Shown: positions 10,013 to 20,171, numbered from the stretch's first letter. The stretch: DNA of 64,000 bases from a virus (IMGVR_UViG_2811995030_000001:72535-136534), one strand, 5' to 3'. The notes: a model not told the origin generated them from the sequence alone. Made by a program: numbers and translations.

Positions 10013-10042
10013 AGAGATTGCTAATTCAGCAGTCTCTTTTTT
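10013..10042 (+). terminator. rho-independent terminator
   Basis: AGAGATTGCT-AATTC-AGCAGTCTCT followed by a T-run. Confidence 0.75.
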
Positions 10043-10196
10043 ATCGGTGAAAATAGTCTCTCAAACTTTTTTGCTAAAAATCTGAAAAATTTATAAAAAA
10101 GTACTATACAATGTACTATACATTTGGTAATATAAATCTCGTGGGGAAAATACTTCCTTAACAAAAAAACTCGATAACCGAAAGGGGAAATGATTT

Positions 10197-10973
10197 ATGG
10201 AATTTAAGTCTGCAATCTTAACAAAGGTATTAGTTGGTGGAGGAATTTCGCTTGGAGCTTTAGGATTACTTTGGACTGGAACTCCTTACCTTGATGGAGC
10301 TAAACAATTCATCGACAAAAATGTAGTGGATATTGGTGATTACGAAGAGAACGAAAATAAATTAGTGGCTTTAATTAACAGCCTAAAGAAAGATGCTGAT
10401 GCACAAGTTGCTAAAGCTAATGGAATTATCTCTGAGAAGAATGGTTCTATCGCAGGACTTGAAGGGGATAAGGCGGAATTAGCAAAAGAAATCTCTACTC
10501 TTAATCTAGAAAATGCTTCACTTAAAGAAACTTTAGAAAGCACTAAAGCAGAATTAGAAAAAGCAAATGCTGATATTGCTGGTAAAGAAGGAGAACTTAC
10601 AGCTCTACAAGCTGAGCTAGATTCTAAGATTGCTGATTTAGATAAAGCTACAGCACAAATTGCTGAATTGACAGCTCAGAATGAAGACCTTAAAGCACAA
10701 GTTGCTAAACTTACAGCAGAAAACGCTGATCTTAAAGATACAATCACTTGGGGAGCTGGTAAAGCAAAACAGGTTGATGAGAATGTAGCTAAAGTTGAAG
10801 GCGAAATCAAGAAGGCTAACACAGAGGCTGAAGCTTTAGGAGAAGCTACAGAAGCTGCTGAAGCTCAAGTTGAAGGCAAAGAGCCTATGACAGACGAGGA
10901 AATCGATGCAATTGATACTAATGTAACAGAAGTAGTTGATGGCCAACAGCCAGCAGAACAACCTGCTCAATAA
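10197..10973 (+). CDS. membrane-anchored/secreted long coiled-coil protein
   Basis: N-terminal hydrophobic segment, then a long heptad-repeat region (LTAQNEDLKAQVAKLTAENADLK). Confidence 0.8.
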   Translation: MEFKSAILTKVLVGGGISLGALGLLWTGTPYLDGAKQFIDKNVVDIGDYEENENKLVALINSLKKDADAQVAKANGIISEKNGSIAGLEGDKAELAKEISTLNLENASLKETLESTKAELEKANADIAGKEGELTALQAELDSKIADLDKATAQIAELTAQNEDLKAQVAKLTAENADLKDTITWGAGKAKQVDENVAKVEGEIKKANTEAEALGEATEAAEAQVEGKEPMTDEEIDAIDTNVTEVVDGQQPAEQPAQ

Positions 10974-11002
10974 TTAAAGGAAAACAGGTAGCTACCAACC
11001 AC

Positions 11003-11227
11003 CTATTTATCCTTATCAGATAAAGCTTCAATAACAGCATCTTTCACAAGTCGCTTTAGTCGGTTGTCTTGTGAGGATGCTGTTTTTACATTTCTAATAA
11101 CTATTTCCTGCGTTAAGGAGTCGTAGAATACGTCTACTTCATTCTCTACTCCCATCTCTTTAAGAGCTTTCTTAGGCAGGTAAACAGCTTTAGAATTGCC
11201 AATATCCATTAGTTTCTTACTAGCCAT
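11003..11227 (-). CDS. AbrB/MazE/SpoVT-family DNA-binding protein
   Basis: KKLMDIGNSKAVYLPKKALKEMG motif; GGAGGAGG SD on the minus strand. Confidence 0.8.
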   Translation of the reverse strand: MASKKLMDIGNSKAVYLPKKALKEMGVENEVDVFYDSLTQEIVIRNVKTASSQDNRLKRLVKDAVIEALSDKDK

Positions 11228-11315
11228 TGATCTTCCTCCTCCATTAAAGTATTCTACATTAAACAGGCCTTTATGAGCAAATTAAAAAAATATATCAAAT
11301 AAAATAAATTACATG

Positions 11316-11344
11316 TTGACTTAATTGTTTGTAGGGTGTAATAT
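11316..11344 (+). promoter_or_regulatory. sigmaA-type promoter
   Basis: TTGACT-17-TAATAT, preceded by an AAAATAAATTACAT motif. Confidence 0.65.
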
Positions 11345-11579
11345 GTAATTAAGAACAAAACAACTAGACAAAACACCTACAAATTACATGAGGTGATAAT
11401 ATGAAAGCGTGGATTGAAGAGTTATTTGAGAATGATCTAAGCTTTAAAGAAGTTCTAGTTTACACTGTATTTGGTGGATTAATTGTTTTTGGAATGTTTT
11501 ATGGAGCAGCACTTTTAAACTTTTTACATTAATACATAATATGAATCTAGGAAAAAATTTATTAGAAGGAGGAGTTTAC

Positions 11580-11753
11580 ATGTCAAGAGTATCTGAAAAG
11601 CAAAAAATTGCAATAGGTGGAGCTATTCCATTCAATGGAGACTTCAGAGAACGAATGAAAGTAGTCAAAGAATTGGAACGGAAATATAGTAAAGTAAGAG
11701 TTACATATGATGGCAGTATGGTATTTTGGGACGGAATGCAAGAAGTATATTAA
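11580..11753 (+). CDS. hypothetical protein
   Basis: AGGAGG SD before ATG 11580. Confidence 0.65.
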   Translation: MSRVSEKQKIAIGGAIPFNGDFRERMKVVKELERKYSKVRVTYDGSMVFWDGMQEVY

Positions 11754-11817
11754 CGAAATAAAATACATAACAATAATTACATGAAATAATAAAATAAAAT
11801 ATAATGAGGTGTTTAAA

Positions 11818-12198
11818 ATGTGTGGGGCAACAAAAGTATTATTAACAATTGAAGATACTCTAAAGAAAGCCAATTCAGAAATCAGAAGATTAACTGATGA
11901 ATTATCTAAATGTGATCGTGAGTTTTCTAAATTCTATCATGAATTAGAACAAAAAACATTCAACGCTGTAGAAGGTTATTACATAGCTAAGAATTTTCAA
12001 AACTTATCAAGACGTAGAAGAATTATTAAACAAGAACTTGAAGCATACAAGGTTATGCAAAGAGAAACGAAGAAATTAGATTTAAGTAGAATTAAAGGAG
12101 CTAAGCATGCTCTAAGAAACACAAGAATGAGACAAAGTAAATACATAGCTGATTGGAATATTGAAGACTTAAATAACGATGACTTTAAGGTGTATTGA
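11818..12198 (+). CDS. hypothetical phage protein (helical, basic)
   Basis: GAGGTG SD before ATG 11818. Confidence 0.75.
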   Translation: MCGATKVLLTIEDTLKKANSEIRRLTDELSKCDREFSKFYHELEQKTFNAVEGYYIAKNFQNLSRRRRIIKQELEAYKVMQRETKKLDLSRIKGAKHALRNTRMRQSKYIADWNIEDLNNDDFKVY

Positions 12199-12488
12199 TG
12201 ATTTGGTTCATTATAGCACTATTTGGAACGTTAGTTGGGTTTGTTGGATTAGGGTTATACCTAACAATTGAAGATGAAAAGGAGTACAGAAATGCGACTG
12301 AAACGAAAAAAGAAGCGTAAAGACTCCAGTTGGATTGAATGGGTTTTTGAACTACTTGAACCGTTATGGTTATTGTTTCAGTGGGTCATCAAATTAATAC
12401 ATAGATATATTTAAACTAAAATTGGAATTTTATATAGAAATAGGGTTTCAAGAATGGCGTTAAATCAACGTTTCTAGGAGGTGCGAAA

Positions 12489-12707
12489 ATGTTCTTTAGA
12501 AAGAAGATAAAGAAAGAAAGCAAAGAGTCATTTTGTCTACATGAATGGCAGCTAGTTGACTACTATACTGATACTTTTAATACAGGTGTAGCTGTAGAAG
12601 TAGATGATTATTATAAATTAGGCTGCCCTAAATGCAAAACATACAAATCTGTAGAGGAATATGAGTTATTTAGAATGAGAGATTTAGGATTGATTAAAGA
12701 CAACTAA
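12489..12707 (+). CDS. hypothetical zinc-ribbon-like protein
   Basis: AGGAGGTG SD; CxH...CPKC. Confidence 0.7.
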   Translation: MFFRKKIKKESKESFCLHEWQLVDYYTDTFNTGVAVEVDDYYKLGCPKCKTYKSVEEYELFRMRDLGLIKDN

Positions 12708-12818
12708 GGAAGTGTACATAATGGAGATTAAAGAAATTTTATTCGTGTTCGGTGGAGGCTTATTTTTAGGGCTACACTACGGCTATATGTTAGGACGTTA
12801 TAGAATGGGGAGATGTGA

Positions 12819-13061
12819 ATGAAGCGAGAAACTCTCAACCAAATTAAGAAATTACAAAACAAGAAAGCAAAGGCACAACAAAAATTAGCAAGCCTTGGAA
12901 TAAAGAAAGAAATGTTAGATAAGGGATATGAAGTTGGAAGGTTTGTATCAAGGAAGAGCCAAAATTCACGACTAACAGAACAAATAAATGGATTAAATAG
13001 AGAGATAAAATACTACGATGTCAAAATTGGTTTGTTGATTAAGGAGGTTTGTAAGAAATGA
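12819..13061 (+). CDS. hypothetical basic coiled-coil protein
   Basis: ORF with SD; ATGA overlap with the next gene. Confidence 0.65.
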   Translation: MKRETLNQIKKLQNKKAKAQQKLASLGIKKEMLDKGYEVGRFVSRKSQNSRLTEQINGLNREIKYYDVKIGLLIKEVCKK

Positions 13062-13438
13062 GTATACCACAAAAAATTGCAATGCAAGGGGTTAAGGTAG
13101 TTGAGGAGTATTTGAGTTATATGAATCGAATAGAAACAGCACAGAAACAATGTAAGGACTGTGCGTTAAAGATAAAAGAAATAGAGAAGAGAATTAGAAA
13201 GCTAGTAGAGGAAAAATATCATTGGTCATACTCTCATTATGAGAGGGATAAGCCAAATTTATTACTTGTTTCTTATGAACTGGAGGAGCTGGTTAAAGAT
13301 CATGTTTCCACGACACTTTCTTTCACTGAAGCAGATAATCTCCAACTATCCTTGAGAGAAGAGATGTATTACAAACGATGGCTTTCAGATTGGGAAATTG
13401 AACGAAGAGAACGTATAGGTTCAAAGAAATCACGTTAA
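13058..13438 (+). CDS. hypothetical protein
   Basis: AAGGAGG SD; ATGA overlap. Confidence 0.7.
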   Translation: MSIPQKIAMQGVKVVEEYLSYMNRIETAQKQCKDCALKIKEIEKRIRKLVEEKYHWSYSHYERDKPNLLLVSYELEELVKDHVSTTLSFTEADNLQLSLREEMYYKRWLSDWEIERRERIGSKKSR

Positions 13439-13478
13439 AACAGAAATCTTATCGTAATTTAAAATTAGGAGGAAGCCT

Positions 13479-13931
13479 ATGAAAAGTAGATATAAAAAAC
13501 ACTTAAAGCGTATAGCAGCCAGAACGCCTATAGTTACCTTTTCTCAAAATGAAACAGCAAACAAAGGAGAAGTTATTGATAAGGCTATTCTAGACAATTA
13601 TTTTGATAAATTTACAGGATATATTGCTGAACAATGGCAGTTAGAAGAAATGCGATATGAAGATATTAAGAAAGGTTTCTATTCAGATGTATTACTCTTT
13701 ATGAACAATTATTTAACTTGTGGTAATAATGATTATATTTATTTGTTGATACCTACTAGTAAGAATAAATATAAAGTTATTGAAAAAGAGCATGTTCCTA
13801 CATGGCAACGTATTTATTGGGAGAAAGAAGACCCTAATGATGATAGAAGTTGGTGTTATTTTGATGAAGACACTTATGATCTTTGGGAGTATATGATAAA
13901 TCAGCTTGATAAACATGTAGAGGCTTTCTAA
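13479..13931 (+). CDS. hypothetical protein
   Basis: AGGAGG SD; bounded by repeats at 13436 and 13941. Confidence 0.75.
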   Translation: MKSRYKKHLKRIAARTPIVTFSQNETANKGEVIDKAILDNYFDKFTGYIAEQWQLEEMRYEDIKKGFYSDVLLFMNNYLTCGNNDYIYLLIPTSKNKYKVIEKEHVPTWQRIYWEKEDPNDDRSWCYFDEDTYDLWEYMINQLDKHVEAF

Positions 13932-13976
13932 GATTTAGGATAAAAGATAGCTTATATCTAGAATTAAATATTTTTC

Positions 13977-14097
13977 TTGCAATTAGTTTGAAAATATGCG
14001 ATAACTAAATTAAATAAATTACATAACTGGATTAAATGAATATTTCTCTTGTAAAAAAATTAAAAATAAGATATAATCAAATTAAATAAAATACATA
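13977..14097 (+). promoter_or_regulatory. tandem duplicated promoter/operator modules upstream of tnpB copy 1
   Basis: TTGCAA-17-GATAAC-TAAATTAAATAAATTACATA and TTGTAA-17-TATAAT-CAAATTAAATAAAATACATA. Confidence 0.65.
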
Positions 14098-14173
14098 TTA
14101 AAAATAAATTCCTTTTAGTACAGTATGGAAAGTGTGTATAAAATCAAAATTAGACATTGGGAGGTGAATATTT

Positions 14174-15619
14174 ATGTCGAATTATATCCTTACACTAAAA
14201 CTAAGAACTGAAAAGTATCAGGAAGATATATTAAATAAACGTCTAGAGGTTGGAAGGCGTATATACAACAGCATACTAGGCGACCTACTTAAACGTTATA
14301 ATACCCTTAAGCAAAGCAAAGGGTATAGATTAGCTTTAAAAATGCAAAAAGGTAAAGAACGCAATAAAAAACTTAATGATCTGAATAAAGAATATGGTTT
14401 GACTGAATATTTACTTCATACACACATTAAACCGATGCAAAAGAAATTTAAGAAAAACATAGATAGCTCCACAGCGCAGAAAATTGCTACTAGATGTTTT
14501 AGCGCTTTTCAGAAATTGATGCTTCACGAGGCAGACAAATTGAATTTTAAAAAATGTGGAGAGCTAAACAGTCTAGAGGGAAAATCCAATAAAACAGGAA
14601 TTAGGTTTAAAAATAACCAATTAGTTTGGAATAAATTAATAATTCCTGTAATTATAAAGAAGAATGATATATATGCTCATACTGCATTACAAGATAATAT
14701 TAAATATTGTCGTGTTGTACGTAAATTAATTGGGGGAAAGTATAAGTTTTATATTCAACTTATACTAGAAGGAATCCCTCCTAAGAAACATAACAACGAA
14801 ACTGGTGAAGTTAGGCATGTTAGAAATGAAGGATCAGTTGGAATTGATATTGGCACACAGACGATTGCTATCTCCTCTCAAAAAGAAGTTAAACTATTAG
14901 AGCTTGCGCCAGAAGTGAGTATTATAGAGAAAGAGAAACGTATATTACAGCGTAAGTTGAATAGACAACGCAGGGCAAACAATCCTCATAAGTACAATGA
15001 AAATGGGCTGATTAAGAGAGGAAATACAGGTAAGTGGATATATAGTAAAAACTATATTAAAACAAAAAATAAATTAGCTGAGTTACAAAGGAAGATTGCT
15101 GCTAAGCGTAAGCAGTCTCATGAGAAATTAGCTAATTACATCCTAACGCTTGGCGATAACATTAAAGTTGAGCAGATGAACTATCAGGGATTACAGAAGA
15201 GAGCAAAAGAAACAACTGTCAATGAGAAGACAGGTCGATTCAATAAAAAGAAAAGGTTTGGGAAGAGTTTAGAAAATAAAGCACCAGCAATGTTTCTAAT
15301 AATACTAGATAATAAATTAAAATTTGATAATAAAGAGCTAAGAAAAATTAACACAACCTCATTTAAAGCAAGTCAATATAATCATTTTACTGATGAGTAT
15401 GTTAAAAAGAAGTTGTCTGAACGTTGGAATAAATTTGAATGTAGTAAGATTCAGAGAGACTTATACAGTGCATATCTGATTATGAACAGTAGATGGAACT
15501 TAAAAGAAGCTGATAGAGATTTATGCTTTGATAATTGGAACAGGTTTAAGGAGCTACATGACTTAGAGATTGAACGATTAAGAAATGAAGATAGAACGAT
15601 AGCGAGTATGGGAATCTAG
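14174..15619 (+). CDS. tnpB: TnpB-family RNA-guided endonuclease (copy 1)
   Basis: RuvC-I VGIDIG, RuvC-II IKVEQM, RuvC-III QRDLYSA; basic 481-aa protein; GGGAGGTG SD. Confidence 0.88.
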   Translation: MSNYILTLKLRTEKYQEDILNKRLEVGRRIYNSILGDLLKRYNTLKQSKGYRLALKMQKGKERNKKLNDLNKEYGLTEYLLHTHIKPMQKKFKKNIDSSTAQKIATRCFSAFQKLMLHEADKLNFKKCGELNSLEGKSNKTGIRFKNNQLVWNKLIIPVIIKKNDIYAHTALQDNIKYCRVVRKLIGGKYKFYIQLILEGIPPKKHNNETGEVRHVRNEGSVGIDIGTQTIAISSQKEVKLLELAPEVSIIEKEKRILQRKLNRQRRANNPHKYNENGLIKRGNTGKWIYSKNYIKTKNKLAELQRKIAAKRKQSHEKLANYILTLGDNIKVEQMNYQGLQKRAKETTVNEKTGRFNKKKRFGKSLENKAPAMFLIILDNKLKFDNKELRKINTTSFKASQYNHFTDEYVKKKLSERWNKFECSKIQRDLYSAYLIMNSRWNLKEADRDLCFDNWNRFKELHDLEIERLRNEDRTIASMGI

Positions 15620-15629
15620 GCTATAATAA

Positions 15630-15819
15630 GGTTTTGACACGAGCCTATAGGACGTTAATTTCAACATTGGTTGAATTGTCCATGAAAGTCTTATTGAAAT
15701 GAATGAGTCTTTACATGTTGTAGCTATTCTTGAAATAGTGAGAGTGTAGAGGAAATTCAATAGTAAATAAGAACCTCGCAATAATTGTGAGAGTGTCAGA
15801 TAACTGGGAGGAATAGGTA
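15630..15819 (+). ncRNA. putative omegaRNA (scaffold 15630-15799 plus guide from about 15800)
   Basis: Lies just downstream of tnpB; shares GGTTTTGA..CGAGCCTA.AGGA.G.TAAT...TGTCCATGAAAGTCT...GAACCT...CAG with copy 2; terminal hairpin CTCGCAA-TAA-TTGTGAG. Confidence 0.75.
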
Positions 15820-15845
15820 CAGAATTATTAAAAGGAGGAATAGAT

Positions 15846-16154
15846 ATGGAATTGTTAAGATTCAGCAAAAAGGCGTTTAGATATTATTCATTTGAAATCA
15901 AGGGTAATGAAGGAGTTTCTTACTTAGAGGCCAGAAAGAAAATGACACGCAATATGTTGCTTGCATATAAGTCTACGGCTGAAGGCTATGAAGGTGATTT
16001 ATATAAATATGGTTGTCTATGGTTTTTAGTTAAGAATAATAGAATAGTATGGATGAGAAATAAATCATATTTTCCTCTTGGATGGAAGAAGGATCATGAG
16101 AGATATGAGCAGCTTAATGAAGAGTTGGGAATTAAAACCTTAGTACATACATAA
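15846..16154 (+). CDS. hypothetical phage protein
   Basis: AAAGGAGG SD. Confidence 0.75.
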   Translation: MELLRFSKKAFRYYSFEIKGNEGVSYLEARKKMTRNMLLAYKSTAEGYEGDLYKYGCLWFLVKNNRIVWMRNKSYFPLGWKKDHERYEQLNEELGIKTLVHT

Positions 16155-16198
16155 TAAAAATAAAATACAAAACAGGTGATTAAAAGGAGTGTGAGCAG

Positions 16199-16474
16199 AT
16201 GTATGGTATAAAATACAATCAAAGAGATATTCAAGAGAGATTGAGCTATGAAATTAACTATAAAAAAACTTTAGAGGATAAGATTGCTCTAATGCAAAAA
16301 GATAGGCTTAGAGTACAAAATGACGAAACTAAGACAATCATTGATGGAGCGATTAAGGATATTGAGAATCGTATGAGTAAATCTGTAAAATACATAGAGC
16401 TTTATAGCAACTTGATTGAGGAATTTATCATAGGAAAAAGGAAGATTGCTAGCTATTACGATATTTTTAAGTAA
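16199..16474 (+). CDS. hypothetical protein
   Basis: AAAGGAGTG SD. Confidence 0.7.
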   Translation: MYGIKYNQRDIQERLSYEINYKKTLEDKIALMQKDRLRVQNDETKTIIDGAIKDIENRMSKSVKYIELYSNLIEEFIIGKRKIASYYDIFK

Positions 16475-16512
16475 ATCATTCAACTTACTTTAAATTCTGA
16501 AGGAGAAAAAAT

Positions 16513-16752
16513 ATGAAAGCTTTTGAGGTACATTATCAAACACCAAGGAAGTCTACGATGGTGATTATTTTATCTAAAACAGAAGAAGGTATTGAAAATA
16601 ATTTAATTGATAGAGATGCTGAATATAAAAAATATAAGGGGAAAGTTGCAACTTGTAAAATCAACTCTCATAAGGAAATTCCTTTATCTAATGTTTTAGT
16701 TAGTCACCTATCTGTTGTTGATTTAATGAAGCTTTTAAAGGAGGAGAAATAA
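16513..16752 (+). CDS. hypothetical protein
   Basis: AAGGAG SD. Confidence 0.7.
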   Translation: MKAFEVHYQTPRKSTMVIILSKTEEGIENNLIDRDAEYKKYKGKVATCKINSHKEIPLSNVLVSHLSVVDLMKLLKEEK

Positions 16753-16877
16753 ATGGAAAAGAGAATTGAATTTAAAAATGGTAGTGTAATTGAGGCTCAT
16801 GATACTAAAGAAAGCATCAGAGGTAAACGCAGCAACTTTATTGAGTGGAAAGAAAAAGAAAATAAAGAGGTGAATAA

Positions 16878-17216
16878 ATGAAAAATAATTCTTTAGAATT
16901 GAATATTATCAACGATTACACGTTTGATATTGTGCCCAATGAAAAAGGAGAAATGCTCATTTACTTCAAAGTTGAAGATAAAGAATGTATTCTTCCTGTA
17001 TCTCAATTGGACTTAAAGAATATGGTATGGTGCTCAGAGCAGGCATTAGATGAACCAAGTGGTTTTACTTTGTATGAGTCAGATATAGAAGAAATGGTAT
17101 CAGCTCCAGCAAGTAAGATTCCTGATTTGAAATTGGTACATGATGTAGACTTAACAGAGGAAGAAAGGATTGAGAAAGCTAGGCGCATTCTAGCCTCTCG
17201 AAAGGGAGGAATGTGA
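16878..17216 (+). CDS. hypothetical protein
   Basis: GAGGTG SD. Confidence 0.7.
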   Translation: MKNNSLELNIINDYTFDIVPNEKGEMLIYFKVEDKECILPVSQLDLKNMVWCSEQALDEPSGFTLYESDIEEMVSAPASKIPDLKLVHDVDLTEEERIEKARRILASRKGGM

Positions 17217-17219
17217 TGA

Positions 17220-17663
17220 ATGACAGTAGCAGTTACAACAGATCAACGAGATATGCTAATAAACAAAATTAAATTATACATAAAATGGCCTATAAGCATA
17301 TTTAACAGCTTTGATACAGATGAGCTACATAACTTATATACATACATAAATGAAGGCTACACAGTGCATAAAGCAAAGGTTAGAGGTAATACAAGATCAA
17401 TTACATTAAGGCTTCCTAAAGCAGTCACAGAAGAATTAGGGCTTACATATGGTGACAGGTTTAATCTAAAAGGTAATACTAGTCGAATGGTAATTTTAGA
17501 ACCATACATATCAGGTAAATTGAAACTAGGTACAAGTAACACAATCAACTTTCCAGCATTGTTAGCAGCTAAACAATTACTAAAACCAGCAGATGACACT
17601 TTGATTGTAGTTAAGGATGGTCGAATATTCCTTAAGTCATTTACTTATATGCAAAGGTATTAA
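17220..17663 (+). CDS. protein with AbrB/SpoVT-like DNA-binding repeats
   Basis: SITLRLPKAVTEELGLTYGD and TINFPALL...DTLIVVKDGRIFLK resemble swapped-hairpin repeats. Confidence 0.6.
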   Translation: MTVAVTTDQRDMLINKIKLYIKWPISIFNSFDTDELHNLYTYINEGYTVHKAKVRGNTRSITLRLPKAVTEELGLTYGDRFNLKGNTSRMVILEPYISGKLKLGTSNTINFPALLAAKQLLKPADDTLIVVKDGRIFLKSFTYMQRY

Positions 17664-17690
17664 GTAAATCAATTAGAGAGGTGATGAAAA

Positions 17691-18143
17691 TTGAATATTA
17701 TTTATGATGATTATGAAGGAGATCAATTAAGTTTAATCTTAGCATTTAATGAACCTCAAGAGTTATTTATAGGCCACTTAGAAACGCCCATGACATCAGA
17801 TTCATTAGTTAAATGCCTAGAGTGGGAGAAGGGAATAACACATAATCTAATTTGCTTAAGTGATGATTTAGAGCCACAGTCAATTAAACATTCAATGATT
17901 AATGAAGTTGTACCAGTTAAATCAATACTAGAAGAAGTTGAGAAGGAATTAGAATATAAAATCAAATACAATTACTGGTTAAATGAAGTTAAATCTTATA
18001 GTTTTCATGAAGTCTTACATACGTTGTTGGGGATTTCCTTACTTAAAGATAAAAGAATGCAGCTATTTACAGCAAAAGAAGTTGTTAGGGAACACTTTAG
18101 AAAGGTAATAGATACTGAAGTAAATAAAAAATGTGCTAAATGA
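17691..18143 (+). CDS. hypothetical protein
   Basis: GAGGTGA SD, TTG start. Confidence 0.7.
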   Translation: MNIIYDDYEGDQLSLILAFNEPQELFIGHLETPMTSDSLVKCLEWEKGITHNLICLSDDLEPQSIKHSMINEVVPVKSILEEVEKELEYKIKYNYWLNEVKSYSFHEVLHTLLGISLLKDKRMQLFTAKEVVREHFRKVIDTEVNKKCAK

Positions 18144-18322
18144 TAAAGGAGGAATACATAATGAAGGTTGATTATGGGATTGAGGTGTTAAGGCAGGCAA
18201 AAAGTAGCGCAGAATACATATTAAGAACTCATTGTTATGATAGTGAATCAGAGAAGGAATTAATGATCCAGTTAGAACAGCTTGAAGCAAGTATTAAAAA
18301 ATTAGGAGGAGATGAAAAATGA
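18140..18322 (+). CDS. hypothetical protein
   Basis: Small ORF; an internal AAGGAGG SD suggests the start is at 18161. Confidence 0.55.
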   Translation: MIKEEYIMKVDYGIEVLRQAKSSAEYILRTHCYDSESEKELMIQLEQLEASIKKLGGDEK

Positions 18323-18665
18323 GCCAGCACAATATTTTATTTAGTATCACTGAGGACAGTAGAGATGGCGTTAACTTTCAAGTAAAGGGAAATGAAGTCA
18401 AATTTATTCTTGAACATAAAGAAGATGTTTTAGCAGTGATGGAGAGATTACAAAAAGCTTTGATTAATGAAACTTATCCTTTCACACGATTCAAATAAAG
18501 AAAAATAAAATATTTATTACATAGAATATAGATTTTACATAATTATTAATACAACATGTAGATATAAATTAGTTTTAATCCTCTATATATAGTTGTTATT
18601 TGGTTAAAACTGCACAAATTTCAAAAAAGTTCATCCTAGATGAGCTTATTTGTGTTTTTTCCTGT

Positions 18666-18694
18666 TGCATTATCTATAATCACATGGTATATTA
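18666..18694 (+). promoter_or_regulatory. sigmaA-type promoter upstream of the repression operon
   Basis: TTGCAT-17-TATATT with extended TG; AAAATAAATTACAT downstream. Confidence 0.6.
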
Positions 18695-18821
18695 TATATA
18701 ACTTAAACAAATAAAATAAATTACATTACATAGTTTAAAAATAAGTAATAAAGAGTATAATATAAGTGAGCAGGTAAATTAGTGACTAACCAAATTAATA
18801 ACAATTAAGGGGAGAGTTAAT

Positions 18822-18992
18822 ATGAATAAGAAAATTGTAAACTTTGGTGAATTTAAAGCAATTAAAGAATATAATGTGGCTAATGTAGCTGGTGAAATTT
18901 ATGGAATGACAACTGAGCAGGATCAATACATAGTAGAAAAAGACTTCGCAAAGGAATATGCTAAAGCATACATGAAGTTACTTAGTAAATAA
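18822..18992 (+). CDS. small protein (56 aa) leading the repression operon
   Basis: AAGGGGAG SD; MNKKIVNFGEFKAIKEYNV...; below the ORF-track size cutoff. Confidence 0.65.
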   Translation: MNKKIVNFGEFKAIKEYNVANVAGEIYGMTTEQDQYIVEKDFAKEYAKAYMKLLSK

Positions 18993-19027
18993 AAGTAACT
19001 AAAATCAATTATAAGGGAGAGGTTAAA

Positions 19028-20077
19028 ATGGAAGCTAAAGTATTAGCATTCGATAATGGTAAATCAGATAATTATAAAGTATATGAGATCATTGAAAAAT
19101 TTTTAGACTTCTATAAATATAATGATTTTGGTAAAGCTAATAATACAGCTAGAAATTATAAGAGTCATATTAATCACTTCTTCGATTACCTAAAGAAAGA
19201 TATTAGATTCTTAACTGTTGAAGATATTCAAATTACTGTTGATGATGTTGAAAGATATATGAAATATATGAAGAATTCTAAAGATAATACAGCTTCAACA
19301 ATTAAAACTAAAGTAGGAACTATTAATAAATTATATGAAGAATTCTATAAGAAGGACTTAGTTAAGGATTTAAAAGCATTTGATACTAAGTTATTTAAAA
19401 AATTAAATACTACTTCGCAGGAAATTGATGCATTCACAGCTAATGAAATAGAAGCAATGGTTAAAGTTGCAGGGGAAGATAGAGAGAAGCCACTTGAAAA
19501 ACAATGTTTATTAAAATTAGCAGCTACTATTGGTTTTCGTATAGGTGACTTATTAAATTTAACTTGGAGTGATTTTGCAGTATATGATGAATATGTATTA
19601 GTTAAGGCCAGACAACCAAAGAGAGGTAATGCTTATGCTAATAAAATTTCACATGAATTATATGAAGAGATATTAGAAATTAAATCTGAAAACGCTTCTA
19701 AAGATAATAAAGTATTTAATTTTGTCTCTAAGACTGTAGAGAGAATGATGACTAGATATACTGAGAAAATTGGTATTCAAGATGAAAGATCATTAAGCTT
19801 CCATAGTATTCGTAAGTTTGCTATTACAAATTTCTATTCAATTACTAAAGATTTCTACGCAACTCAACTATTTGCTAATCATAAAGAGCCTTCTACAACG
19901 AAAAAGTATATTAAATATGTAGATGATTATGGTGTAATTGGCCTATTCAATTCTAATAAAGAAGACACAAATGAGTTAAATGATATTTCAGAAGCTGAAT
20001 TAAGAGCAGTTATTAAGTCATTAACTGAAAGTCAGAAATTAGATTTACTTAGAAAACATAAAGAGTTATTTGGTTAG
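19028..20077 (+). CDS. tyrosine recombinase, SPbeta YopP/SroD-like
   Basis: Catalytic set visible: GFRIGDLL (R), SFHSIRK (HxxR), ANH, KKY; syntenic with yopQ/yopR-like genes. Confidence 0.85.
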   Translation: MEAKVLAFDNGKSDNYKVYEIIEKFLDFYKYNDFGKANNTARNYKSHINHFFDYLKKDIRFLTVEDIQITVDDVERYMKYMKNSKDNTASTIKTKVGTINKLYEEFYKKDLVKDLKAFDTKLFKKLNTTSQEIDAFTANEIEAMVKVAGEDREKPLEKQCLLKLAATIGFRIGDLLNLTWSDFAVYDEYVLVKARQPKRGNAYANKISHELYEEILEIKSENASKDNKVFNFVSKTVERMMTRYTEKIGIQDERSLSFHSIRKFAITNFYSITKDFYATQLFANHKEPSTTKKYIKYVDDYGVIGLFNSNKEDTNELNDISEAELRAVIKSLTESQKLDLLRKHKELFG

Positions 20078-20082
20078 GGATT

Positions 20083-20171
20083 ATGGAGAATTTATATCTT
20101 TTATCGTGTATTTTTATCCCATGCTTCTCATATATGGTAAAAAGTACACGCTAAAAAGGTATAAAACTCAT
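20083..20171. repeat. long imperfect inverted repeat between the recombinase and DGQHR genes
   Basis: TTTATATCTTTTATCGTGTATTTTTATCCC vs GGTAAAAAGTACACGCTAAAAAGGTATAAA. Confidence 0.7.
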
